A stretch of DNA of 63,709 nucleotides, the filler included, from Collodictyon triciliatum (lineage: Eukaryota), in NCBI GenBank assembly GCA_043381765.1. It is 10 parts of 10 records of this genome, joined end to end, with 100 filler letters (N's around TTAATTAATTAA, not from the genome) between each part and the next. Parts side by side here need not be neighbours in the genome. Positions count along the whole stretch, not along the records: positions 34,803 to 41,652 come from JBHJMP010004201.1; positions 41,753 to 48,600 come from JBHJMP010004202.1; positions 48,701 to 55,546 come from JBHJMP010004203.1; 7 more parts are not named here. One strand, 5' to 3'. Below are positions 38,904-51,451 of the stretch, one piece after another (position 1 is the stretch's first letter; each line of letters opens with the position of its first letter). The notes under the pieces are model-generated. The model saw only the letters and a program-made list of their open reading frames with translations, did no database searches and was not told the origin of the DNA. A program made the translations under genes and the position numbers.

Positions 38904-41480
38904 TGCAATAATTGTAATAATTGTAATAATAGTAATAGTAATAGTAATAATGATACGTTTTCGGATTCATTTTACTGCGATATTTTCTAGAGAAAATTGA
39001 ATAGAATTATATATACTTTGCCTCCATCGCATAAACATCTCCAAAGCGGTCATAGCACTGAGCCACTTGCAAATCATACTCGCCAAATTTTTTAATTCTC
39101 AAAAACAAAGATTTTTTGTATTCTTCAAGAGCCTCTTCCATTCTGAATTTTTATAATACCAACATTAATTATGTTCCATTAAATGCTCAAATAAATGATG
39201 AACTAACTTATTCTGTCTCTGGTAGATAATGCCCATTTCTTCATGAATTGCAGATAAACTTGTAAAATCTTCATTTTTCTCGATAGAATCAATACATTTT
39301 TTGTAGAAAACTATGGATTCCGACCAACTATAATTATACAATTTACACTTAAAAATGAATATCGAAATTATTAACCCCGTACTTTCCTTCATAATATATT
39401 GTTATTACTTTTGGAGATTTTTGTAAACACGACCGACATTCAGATAGTCACCAGCCTTGGTTTCTGTTGTATTAATAATTTTATTAGTAAAAATAGAAAT
39501 TACTACTAATTAATAAAATACATCATGCATACCTTCTGATTGATGTTTTCTGAGGCGCACATTAAGAACAGACAACAGGAATGTATTCTCAAATGATTCC
39601 AAGAAATAATCAACGAGTAGTTCTCCCACTTCATCCAGGGTCTTTCATAATTATATATAATTAAATAAAATTTAAGAATGAATAATGATATGATTATTAT
39701 AAAAAACCAAAATACCTTGGCCATAGCTCCATATATATCTTTTCAATTTGCAACTCCACTTGAATTTATCTCTCTCCAGCATGTGAAGAACTCATGGCGA
39801 TAGCGGCCACTCAGAAGAATTTTTGTAACCTTCAGAACAAATATTTAAATGAAATTTCACAAGTAGTTATCATAAGATCAAATGTAAGAGAAAAATTACG
39901 TGTTTTTGTTTCAAGTATTCGACCAGCAATTCAAAAGATTTTCCTCTTAGAAGTTGGTAACATATTTCTGCCATAAGCTCCTCATCGATATCGATAGCTT
40001 CAGAGTATCGACCAAACAGCCATTTTCCATACTGCTCATGAATTTGTGTCGTTTCTTGCAACCCAAAGAAGAAAACATTTTCGATAGTCTCTGAAAGCAG
40101 CTGATGGAAATACATATACCTAGAAATTTTAATGTTAATATATTTCCCATCGTGCACAATCACATAGCATTTTTAGCATTAAAAATAATTATTTTTAGAC
40201 TAACCTTCCATTACGAACGAAGAGAGAATCAATTAGAGTAAAAAAGAACGATTTCCTAAATAAATTCACCATTAATAAAAAAAAAAAAGTATTGGTACAA
40301 TTATAAGAGTTTTTAATTGGTTCTAATTAAGAACCATTCCGCAAGCTCGAATCCAATTCCAATCGTGTCTTTCATGTAATCATCCAAATCTCCTTCACTT
40401 AGTCCAATACGAGAGACAAAAAGAACTTTCATTGAGGTGGCAACATACTGAATACCTGATGTTCACCATGTAAGAAATTTTTTGAAAAATCAAAAAAATT
40501 AAATTCAATATGATTCAAAATAGTATACCTTTCTTGTCTAGCTTCAGTTGCCAGCGTTGAATAATCAGAGTGTAAAGCTCAATTACACCTTTTGTAGAAA
40601 GCAATGTGTCCAATTCATCATCGAGTTTCTCATAAATTCCAAAAACTCTAATTTCATCTAGAACTATACGGAGATAGAGCGGGTGGCCTATTTGAATAAT
40701 AAATTAGTATAATTCATAAAAAAAAAATCGAATTCATCTTGAATTCACAGTTTTTTTGAAAATTTATATAACCAGTGTCCTCCAAATCTTCCAGGATCAT
40801 TCCAACTTGCTTCTCGCTCAAAGTTTTATCATAGCGAGCCAGGAATGAGTCAGCTCCATTTTTAACTTCATCCTTTGTCAACTTGGTGACAGAAATGGGC
40901 TCCAAACCATTTTGCTCCGCATACTTTTTCAATTTTTGAGTTTTTAGGGACCACATTTAATTTATTAAAGAAATTTAAAAGATTATTACATAGAATAAAC
41001 ACCTTGCATGATTCATGGGTATGAATTGTTGACACAACCAAGGAAACACTAGATGGTGTTTCTTTGGGTAGCCAAGTCAGCAAATGGGGGGCTGGCGTTG
41101 CTTTCGTGGGATGTACTTGATTGATTGCGTCGATGATGAAGACAAACTTCTCTTCTCTTTAAAAACATAATATTTGTGTTCAATGTTTGACTAAAATAAA
41201 TCAGGTATGTCATAATATAAACTTAATTTTTACTTTTTAGTCTCTTGAATCATCTTAAACAGACCCTGAATCCCTTCTTCTTCAAATTCTATCACAAAAT
41301 GTAAATAATCAGCTTTATTGGATTGTCTATAAAACCAAGAAATATACTGAATTTTAATCATTAATTTAGTTACCAGTGTCTTCGTGCTTCTTTTGGGCGC
41401 TGAAATTGGGCAAGTTTGTGACCAGAGTCCAAAAGCGAGCAGAAATACTAAAACAAAATAGGAGTGAGGCAAAATACCAA

Positions 41481-41577
<97 letters not shown>

Positions 41578-41652
41578 GTTGTTCTTATCTTGGAAATTTA
41601 TATTGACCTTTCCACATAATTGCTGAAATTAGTACATCCAACAAAATGAAAA
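34803..41652 (-). CDS. Large STAND/NACHT (NPHP3/TEP1-type) - TPR - pentapeptide repeat - WD40 - SEL1-like repeat protein; both ends truncated
   Basis: Exons give FHFVGCT, FVFIIDAINQV..LTWLPK..LVVST and GHPLYLRIVLDEIRVFG (NPHP3-type NACHT), then six TPR exons. These splice in frame at 37959 into the 1048-aa ORF, which has AASDAITFLN..DLSNIKIPNANLS pentapeptides, seven WLASGSxDxxIRIWD WD40 repeats and five AxCYENGWxVExD units. Confidence 0.85.
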
Positions 41653-41752
41653 NNNNNNNNNNNNNNNNNNNNNNNNNNNNNNNNNNNNNNNNNNNNTTAA
41701 TTAATTAANNNNNNNNNNNNNNNNNNNNNNNNNNNNNNNNNNNNNNNNNNNN

Positions 41753-43402
41753 TTCGATTTGCTATTCCTTTGAGACTCCAGGGAGCAGCACTAGTTATTT
41801 GAGCCACTCTTCTGCAGATTGCGAGTCTTTTCCGTCCCCTTCTCAAAGTCCCGCGTTTCACCCTGGTTCACCAGACACTTCTAGTTCTGTTGACCATCCT
41901 CGGAGACTTTCGAAACGCGGTGCACCCGAGCAGAAAAAAGGTGAAGCGCCCGAGCTAACTTGCAGGCTAGATCCGCTGGAAGGATCGTACCCCACCTCAG
42001 ACGAAGAGTTTGAACCGCGCAGGAAAAACTCAAAGACTGACCCGATGATTGACTGGGTCATGTGTGATTTTTGCTATAAGTGGAGAAAGCTTCCAAGTTC
42101 TGTTCCTAAATCCTCTATTCCAGACGAGGTAGGAATTACATACTATACTGTTTTTTTCCCTTGCTTCTTTCCCTAACATTTAACTATTCTGTGACGATAC
42201 ATTGTGTTCCATCGAAGACAAGACCCTTTTTTAAAATGCCTGCGAGTTGAAAGTATACATTTTTGTTTTCATCTTATCTCCTTTCATCTTCCATATCTAT
42301 TTGGTCTCTACATTTTCCTTAATATTTTATGTCTCATTGTAGTCGTTTGTTGTGATATTAATGCATCCTTCTCCCTTTACAGTGGACATGCAGTATGTTT
42401 CCCGTCAAGGAACTCGCAGTATGCTCGTTTCGCAATCCTCCCAGGGTAACGGCGTCTATATCCACACCAATACCGCCTAAAAAGAGTGAGTCCATATTCC
42501 ACCAGCTAAATCTCTGTCTCTTGTCCCTGAATCACCTCTATCTTACTGCAACGTCTTCAAAAGCATCGCCTCATTTTCATGCCATACTATCATAGAGATA
42601 AATAGTATCCGATATACTACCTTCTCGACGGATCAGCATTTCTTAATGTTTTAGGCATTGATATTAATTTATCAAAATACAGACACGAGCCAATTTAACT
42701 CGAATCGTCACCAAAGAGAACTTTGTCCTGCTGCACCCAAACCAGTCTCCATATCCCCACCGAAATCAATACTCCGGGGGAAGTCCGTCAAGGAAACACC
42801 CGATGCAATCCAAATTATTCTGAACTACGCGCACGAGCTGGCCACAGACTTACTGGGTCCCTATCAAATAAGAGGGAATCTCCGTCGCCGCACACCTGTG
42901 TGCCCCTCTGCTAGTACCGGAGTTTCTCTTGGCCCAGAAGAAGAGTTCGATCGACTAATACAAGAACAAATAGCTATACACGACTTTGGGTATTTAATAA
43001 CCATCCAAACTTTAATATCACATGCTTAATCTATCTGCATATTTCTATTCGTATTTTATATTTGACCACTTCAGAAACTTTCACATACGGAAGAAAGTAT
43101 TCACTTTGAATTGTATCGTATTACCTTCTTCTCTGATCCAAACTCTCTCCTCCTCGTCCAGATCCACAATGAGAGACCTTTTGACACTTCAGCTTCTGCC
43201 TGAAGAGGCCGACTCAAACACCAAAATATCGAACCACTGGTCTTCAGGGACGCCGTCCAACCCTGGCCCTGTAAGACACGAGACAAGACGGTTCGTCAAG
43301 CTCGTGCTGCAGTGTCTCCACGAATTACCAGAATGCAGACCAACCAGCCAAGAGATACTGACATTCACCAAGGAGTTCAACAGCGAGGATTTAGATGAAT
43401 AG
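41753..43402 (+). CDS. CW-type zinc finger protein (5' end probably truncated)
   Basis: DWVMCDFCYKWRKLP..IPDE splices to WTCSMFP..CS, a zf-CW signature. Further exons lie at about 42681-42988 and 43075-43402. Confidence 0.8.
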
Positions 43403-44663
43403 CTAGCTTCTTTCCTCTATCAATACTATGCACATTCTTTTCTTTTACTTCTTTTGCTACCTATCGAAACATGCCCTACTGGGATGGCCTCGCCACCTGT
43501 TTCTCCCTTTGCCCTTCTCATTCTCTCTTCGTCCTGCTCCATCTTCATTTTCGTATTATTCGCTCGCTCGCTCGCTCAAACAAACTGGCTGGGCTCATTC
43601 GCTCACCTCACCTCACCTCACCACACCATTCCCTGTCTTCCGTCACTCCAGCCTTCACAACACCCCGATTTGTACAGAGACCCCTCACGCACCAAGAGAC
43701 ACAGCCAACCAGCCAGCCAGATGATTCGCCCGCAACTCACAAGGCAGAGCTCCCTCGACTCTGAACGCACAACCAGCCACATAGGCTCGTTCTGCGCATA
43801 ACGCAAGCCGACGAGTCCCTTCGACTACCCATTGGCTCACAGTGATGTCTGATGCGCGTGGATTAGCCGCTGCCCTCAATCTTCCAGTCCCCGCAGCGCC
43901 CGTCATCCTTCCCCTGCACAAGAAGGAAAGAAGGAAGTCTTGAAAAGAAATAGACACAAAGGCTCCATCAGACTCTCTTGCCTCGCTGCCTGGCGCGTTT
44001 GTGTCTTTCGCGCTGGTTGGCAAATACTTCACCTCACACACTCTTTCCCTTGACAGAAACCATGAAACAAACATGAAGCAAACAAACATACACACATACT
44101 CCGTAAGTCTTCTTCCAACCACGCCCCACCGCTGCCTCTTCTCTCCCCCAAACACAAATAAAGATGTATCAACGCCACCATCAATCACAATCACACGAGC
44201 GATGATTTGGGTTGGGTTGTCCCTGAATCACTCGCCGTGCGAAGCAATCGTTCCCAATCTCCATACCCGATGAGGAAATAGATGGCACATATTTGTCATT
44301 TTTCTTTTCTTTTTCTGGTGAGCGACGCTTTGGGATGAAACAACGCCCGTGCCCGTTTGCCGCGGACTCTGTCGATCAGAGGTTGATGGCAAGGAAGCCC
44401 GGCGGGTGGCTCATAGAGCAAATCATTGAAATGAACGGCCGCTTGGTTCTTGTGTAGGATTGAGTGCGAGGAATCTGGACGAAGACATCGTTTCTTTGGT
44501 GCTTTGTCTGTTATCCGTTTCTTATGTTTTGGTTTCCTGAAGCAAACCATAAATCGCTCATTCTTCGTTTGAGCTGCAAAGTCAATAGAGAATACTGTGT
44601 GCTTTGTATCGCACTGCTTTGAAAGTTTCCCTTATTCTTTTTATTTTTTTTTTCTCTGGCAGG

Positions 44664-47600
44664 ATGATTCCTAGTCGCGTGGCAAAGAGCTTTGTTGGCG
44701 CTTCTGTCGCCGCTGTCGTTGTCGTGTTTGGAGTCGCTTTGGTTTGCGGCCTTCCTATGGAGTCCATGATCAAGGTATTCACTTTCCCTGTTCTTTATGT
44801 TCTCGAGTTTTTTTTTTTTGGCCCAGGGGCGCACATATCCGTTTGCTCTTTACTCTCCTAAAAGTTTTGACCGCACAAACCCTTTCGCTATTCTTATCTT
44901 GTAGGAAGGAAACGGCCTCAAACCCGATTATTTGGACATTATCTTCAAGCAGCGCTTGGACAAGTAAAATACATTTAAAAATAATGTTGCTGCAACAATT
45001 CTCAAAGATATATATATATACCAACATGAGTTATATTCCTTGCTTTTCAAATCGCTTGTTTCAAATTCAAAGATTCTGTTTTATTCTTTTTCTCTTTTCC
45101 TTTTTTTTCTCTTTTTATTCAAATATTTTCGAATAACTCTATTAGAAATGGTGACCTCAAACTGGATGTTGATGAACTGGTACAGTTTGTCACGTGAGCT
45201 TCTCCTTGAACCATCTGAAATATATAAAAAGATCATAATTTCATAACCAGCAAAAATTTTCTTCCATAAAAGACATATTATCGCAATCAAGCAGAGATCA
45301 TTCCACCTTCATATGGACACTTAGCTAACGATTTGTACATATATTATGCGTTCAGCGAGGCTGAAGACCACCCAGTGAGCCCTCTCCAAGTCTACACAAT
45401 CATCGCCACCTTGGACTCAAACAACAATGGTTTCATTGATTACAGCGAATTCCGTGAAAAATACGCCCGCCTGCAACCAAAGGATGAAGCTCTTGTATTC
45501 TTCCATGCGAACAAAAATATACATAAGAAGGATAATACCCCATTAATGATATCAATCTTGATTTTCTCCATTCATTTCCAGCACTATATAAGTCACTCAA
45601 CTTTTCCCTCATCTCGTTCATGAAGTTGAATGTGTAATCTATTAATTGAATAAAGGAAAAAAAATTTGAATGCGTTATTCTTCGATGCTATAGGCTGTTC
45701 CGGAACAAGTGCATCTTTCACTCACAACCGATCCTAGTCGCGTATGGGTCATGTGGGTGACTTTCGGTACGTTTGATTATGGATTTCGCTCGATAAACAT
45801 ATGGAAAAGAGTTTTAACCCAGTTCAATGCTTTATTCTGTTTAAATTTAACTTCAGATTAATGACACATTTTCACACAATCAGAGTCCACTCCACTGAAT
45901 GCAGTACGCTTCGGAACAGAGTCAGGTCGCTTAGGCTCAATCGCCTACGGAAATGAAACCACATACAATGTGGGCGAAAGAGGTTTTCATTTTTATTCAC
46001 GCTCATCTTAGTCTTTCAATCCATCTATCAAGCGAATTTCTTATATATGTGGACATACCTTAATTTTTTTTAAGCTAAGCTAGTCTTTTCAATCGATTAT
46101 TGAGGCCCATATTATTTTACACCAATCGTGATGCGTAGGATGGTTTGGATTTATCCATGAAGTCTTGCTGACTGATTTGAGGCCATTCACCACCTACTAT
46201 TACCAAGTCGGCGACGGTCGCCTCTGGGTTTTGTTTAATATGATGTTATTAATTTTTGTGTTGTTTTATGAGTTACAGCGTACCTCACTTTTGCTTGAAA
46301 TGACCTGACTATGAAGACTGAATTATATATTTATTTCGAAAATAACATTATTTTGACCACTTTACATGCCTAAGTGAAACTAATCAATATCAGGGAAAGC
46401 AATACAGTTTCCACACGGCACCATCACGAGATGCGCCAGCGCCAAACGGAATACGCTATTGCACATATGGTATCACTTCATGAAATTTACACTTTAGTTT
46501 AACTAACGTTTGATTCGTTCCCTCACTCTTCTCTTTCACCCACTAGGTGACATGGGGACTTTCATGCCTGTATATTTTTATTATCATACTTGTGTCTCTT
46601 TTACGTTTGTTTATGCTGAGTCAATTAAATAATATACGCCCCTTTATTCAATTTTTGCTATCAATATTCGACACATAGTTCGGATTCATGGTTACTGAGG
46701 TAATAATCATCTCCCATTTACCTTTTATTGGGGTTCCCGATTATTATTTTCATTATTTTTTTGCGCATATATAGTTTCTGAACTATGTACATCAATATAA
46801 TATTCTCTAAATTATCAGGGGATTGTGAAGGTGCACCAGGCAAATCCTTATGACATGTTGCTTCATCTCGGCGACATTGCGTGTACGGACTATCATTGAT
46901 ACAATATTGCCTTTTCATATGCTCTTCACCTTTTGCATATCAGCCAACGTGATGGGGTGTAATAGTACCTTTTATAATTATCGCGCCAAGATTTGATCAA
47001 AAAAGACGGTTCGACGTTTGGTGAATGCTATCTGAATTAAAATATTAAAAGAGTGATTATGCATACCTTCATTTTAGATGCTGGAACATCATCCACTCGT
47101 GAGTGGGAGATTGTCTGGGACATATTCGGGCGCCAAGTTGAACCACTGGCTGCGAGTATGCCTTACATGACAACCGTCAGTATTTTATTTGAGCCATTTG
47201 ATTGGTTTTAATGTAATAAACTTAACCGATTCCATATGTAAATATGCTAATAAAAAATATGAATTCTGTATCACTTACTCAAAACAGGTTGGAAACCATG
47301 AAAAGGTCAGGAAGCAATTATTGTGAATACCTCCTTTAAGAATATCTCTTTTAGAATTGAAACTCAATTAATAACTCTTAAGTATGACCAGAAATATTCC
47401 TTTCCGAATCACGCATCCTTCATTTAGTACTACAACTACACCGCATATCGTACCCGTTTCCGTATGCCTGGGGAAGAAAGCCGAGGCCACGACGATTTCT
47501 TCTTCAGTTTTGATTATGGAGGTAAACAAAAGAAACGAATATAAAACTACACTCCGTACATCAATCTTTGGTATCAAGACACATTCATAATCCACGATAG

Positions 47601-48458
47601 ATCAACTCGGTCATTCTCTCCAATACTTACACGTTTCATGCTGCTGTTCACCATTAGCTGTTCACTTTGCGTCGATTGCCACCGATTCATATCCCCCAAA
47701 CTACCCACCTGACCAGCGTCTACCTGGGTCTGAACAATACAATTGGCTTGAGCAGGTATTCTAGATTATCAGAAAAGTTTAAACAAAGAAAACGTTTGGA
47801 ATTGAACGAAAAATCCATCTATCTGCACTGCGACTTATCCATAATATATTTATGCACTGTGTTCTTTATGACTTCATGGATTCTAGGACTTGATCAAAGC
47901 TGTGGCCAACCGCGATAAAGTTCCGTGGATTATTGTAGCCGGGCATCGCCCGATGTATGGTGAGTAAAAAAATAAAAATAAAAATAAAAATTGATGTATG
48001 ATTTCTATGCGTGATTAACAATCACTTCATCAGCTTTATTGCTGGGTATAGGAGCCACGAAGAAATATCTCTCTCTTAGTTTTTTTTTTAAAAAAAACTA
48101 CAATATCGGTTATTATCAAATTAAGGGCTCCTAATATATTCATTTTTCACTTACGAAGGTTCCTCCGAGAATGGAAACTGGGAAGACCTCCGCATGGGTT
48201 TTCTTTATATATATCCCACAGTTTTTTCTTTTAAATATTGACGTCGCATTACGAACCTTAATCAATTTTTTTTTTTTTAATGTTTTGCAAAATATTATCT
48301 CTCCAACTCTCTGTATTGCCTATTAAATGCTCTCCACGTACTATGTTAAGGAATGGAGCCCCTCCTCAAAAAATACGACGTTGACATGTATCTGTCCGGT
48401 CACATGCATATTTACGAGCGTGTTCACCCCATCTACGATTATGTCCATGAAATGGAAG
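44664..48458 (+). CDS. Purple acid phosphatase with signal/anchor peptide and two N-terminal EF-hands (3' end truncated)
   Basis: EF loops DKNGDLKLDVDEL and DSNNNGFIDYSEF; FN3-like region PEQVHLS..IHEVLLTDLRPFTTYYYQVG; metal motifs GDMG, GDIAY, GNHE, GHRPMY and GHMHIYER. Confidence 0.9.
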
Positions 48459-48469
48459 GTTTGGTCATA

Positions 48470-48571
48470 AAACAAACAAACAAACAAACAAACAAACAAA
48501 CAAACAAACAAACAAACAAACAAACAAACAAACAAACAAACAAACAAACAAACAAACAAACAAACAAACAA
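48470..48571 (+). repeat. (AAAC)n microsatellite near contig end
   Basis: Perfect tetramer array. Confidence 0.95.
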
Positions 48572-48700
48572 CCAACCAACCAATAAACAACCAATAAACA
48601 NNNNNNNNNNNNNNNNNNNNNNNNNNNNNNNNNNNNNNNNNNNNTTAATTAATTAANNNNNNNNNNNNNNNNNNNNNNNNNNNNNNNNNNNNNNNNNNNN

Positions 48701-51451
48701 TAATCCACGACGTTGACAGTCGGGGCATTCAAATTGATATGCTTCCACAAAATTTGGTCGAATCGATGATATTTGTTTGATGAAGGTGCAAAGAATGTCA
48801 AAAATTCTGACGAATCTATCACCTTCATGAACGTTATTTTCGTATTTTCTAATCTTGACTGAAATGCTCTTCTGGTGGATTTGATACAAAATAATCAAAC
48901 CGTCTCCAGGAAGTAGTTGAATTTCATCCGTTCCTGTTTTGTAGTAAGCATTCAGGTGTATGAACGCCACATCTCTGAAAAACTGGTCGTCATACTGAAC
49001 TCCAGCTTGTGCCCCTTTTGTCAAACGAAGCGCTTGTATGACGACGTTGCTTTTGTCAGAGAGCTGGACTTCACCATTGGTAATTATTTCTACAGAGGTC
49101 TCAGCGATGCAGTTTGACTCTGGTTTTTCATTCCATAACGCTTTGAGGTTTTGGCATTCTTCCATCAGTGAGGGGAAAGCGATACATTCTCTATTGAATT
49201 GGATCCCAAGGCCGAAATGGTCAAAGATTCGAAGAATTGTATTGAATACCTCTTCATCTATTTCTGTATTCAGTTCTTGTTTGATTTGGTCTTTTAGCTT
49301 GCTCAATAAAATGATGCCACTTGTGTCCTTCCCGATGCCTTTGAAGCTGAAGACACAGCGGAAAATGTTGATGAGAAATAGCGGGTCTAAAAATATAATG
49401 TCTTTGATATATTCAAGTGATGAATACCAAACGAGAGAGCCAAGGTCGTGGAGGAATTTGAGAGCACTTTCGCACTCATTTCTGTCCATACCCAGCTTCT
49501 TCTCGGCAAAATCGTAAGTGTCTTGGATTCGTTCGTACTTTGATATTTGGCTTTTCGAATTCAGATAGTCTTTCAGTCCGATATATGTTTTTGGAATGTC
49601 CTTGTTCATGCTATCAAGCGTCATCATTCCTTTGTATATTTCATCCTTCAAAGCTGAAATGTTTGTTCCACTCTTGTTGCTTACTTTCAACTCTGTACTG
49701 ATGAAGATGTGGCGAGCCTTTTCATCCGGTTTCTGCTCATTTTCTTTTTTGATTCGTTCGAATTCTTTTTGCATCTCCTGACCACAAGTTCGATTTTCGC
49801 AATCTTGATGAGTCCCAGCGATAATAATTTTTGAGCCAGGTGCAAAGTCATCAAGCATTTTGACCCAGCGGCTGAGATTATTCTTCTCCTTGTCTTGGTC
49901 GAGTCTGTAAAGGATTAAAACGAGGGCGCCTGATGACAAAAAGAACGGGTGTGTCACTTGGAACTCCTCTTGTCCTCCAAAGTCCCAGATTCGTACAGAT
50001 AGCTTTGTCTTGAATAATCCACCCATCATCGACTCATCGATATCGACATGAGCAATACCATCAGTTCGCTTTCTCTCTTGATCTGTCTCATCATGAAATA
50101 ATCTGGATTTTTGTGTAATTGATTTGATGAGTGTTGTTTTTCCTGCCTCTCCCTCACCCAATAGCAGGAGTCTTCCTTGGGTCCATTTTACAACACCCTT
50201 CACGGAGTTTGATAGGAAATCAAAGACTGCCTCAGACCCATTTCTGATGACGTTCTCTGGGATATTTTTGATGGGATTTCCCTGGATATTCAGTCCCCAA
50301 CGCAATTTTTTCAACGTCCCCATAATTGAAGGGATTTTTTCAATCTAAGTGTTTTTTTGCTGAGTGTTTTTTTTGTGTGATTTGTCCATATAAATTATCG
50401 AAGAAATAAATGGAGAATGTAAATAGAAAAGTGTTTGACCTTGTTGTTGGATACGTCCAGTTTTTGAAGATTTGCAAGGTTTGCTATGGCATCTGGGATG
50501 TGTGAAATCTGGATTCGTATTGGTGACAATTCATGTAAGTCTCGACCTTGTCGCTTTTTTACAACACTTTTAAAAAATAGTTGGAATGCTATATTTTCTA
50601 TTCGAAGAATATTGAAAAACCTGGTTGTTTGATATGCTGAGACCCATAACAAGGGGTAATTTACAGATCAATTCGGGAAATTGATGGAACTTTTTTTTTT
50701 AAAAAAAAATATGTAAACAATCAGAATAGTGAGACTGATATGACATTCAATGAATTAGCTGTTGAAAAGTGATTATAATAATGTTAATTCAATAGACCTT
50801 GTTGTAATCGATTCTGATTAGCGTAACTCCTCCCAAACGAGATATCTCGGAGGGCAATGACGATAATTGATTGCGGCATAAAAAAAATTGATTAAGTCTT
50901 GTCAAACACGATATTCCATGGGGGATGGATGAAAGGTTATTTTGGAGAATATTAAACTCTGTCAAGCCGGTCAAATATGAAAGCTCTGGAGGCAAATTGG
51001 TGAGCTTATTTTCTGAAGCACAAAGGTATGTCAAGCCAACCAGGCAAGATATTTCTGGAGGCAGGGATTTTAGGTGATTGTTACGAATACCGAACCATTT
51101 TAGAGCCTTTAGCCTAGATATCTGAGGCGGTAGATTCGACAATTGATTGTGTTGAATACTGAGAAATGTCAGATCTGTCAAGTATGATATTTCTGGTGGA
51201 AGAGAGGTAAGCTTGTTTTTCGAGACACTGAGCCACCGGAGACGAAGTAAGTCTGATATTTCTGGAGGCAGAGACAATAGGCCACCATCGAAAAAGTCCA
51301 AATGCAACAAACAAGAGAGGGATAATACTCCTTTAGGAACAATAGAACCTGTTTGGCCGCTCAGATCAAGAAATGTGCGGTTTCGAAGAACTGAAACATG
51401 TGAGTCCCCAGTAATCTTTCGGAGATCTTCTAAATACTGGTTAACGGTCAT
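48701..51451 (-). CDS. Roco protein (LRR-Roc-COR), 3' end truncated
   Basis: Exons are 50798-51451 (LPPEISxLxxL 23-aa LRRs), 50621-50689, 50440-50508 and 48701-50344. Roc motifs are GEGEAGKTT, RTDGI, WDFGGQEEFQVTHPFF, GTHQD and VSNK. COR motifs are IPKTY..LKFLHDLGSL..IFLDP. Confidence 0.93.
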
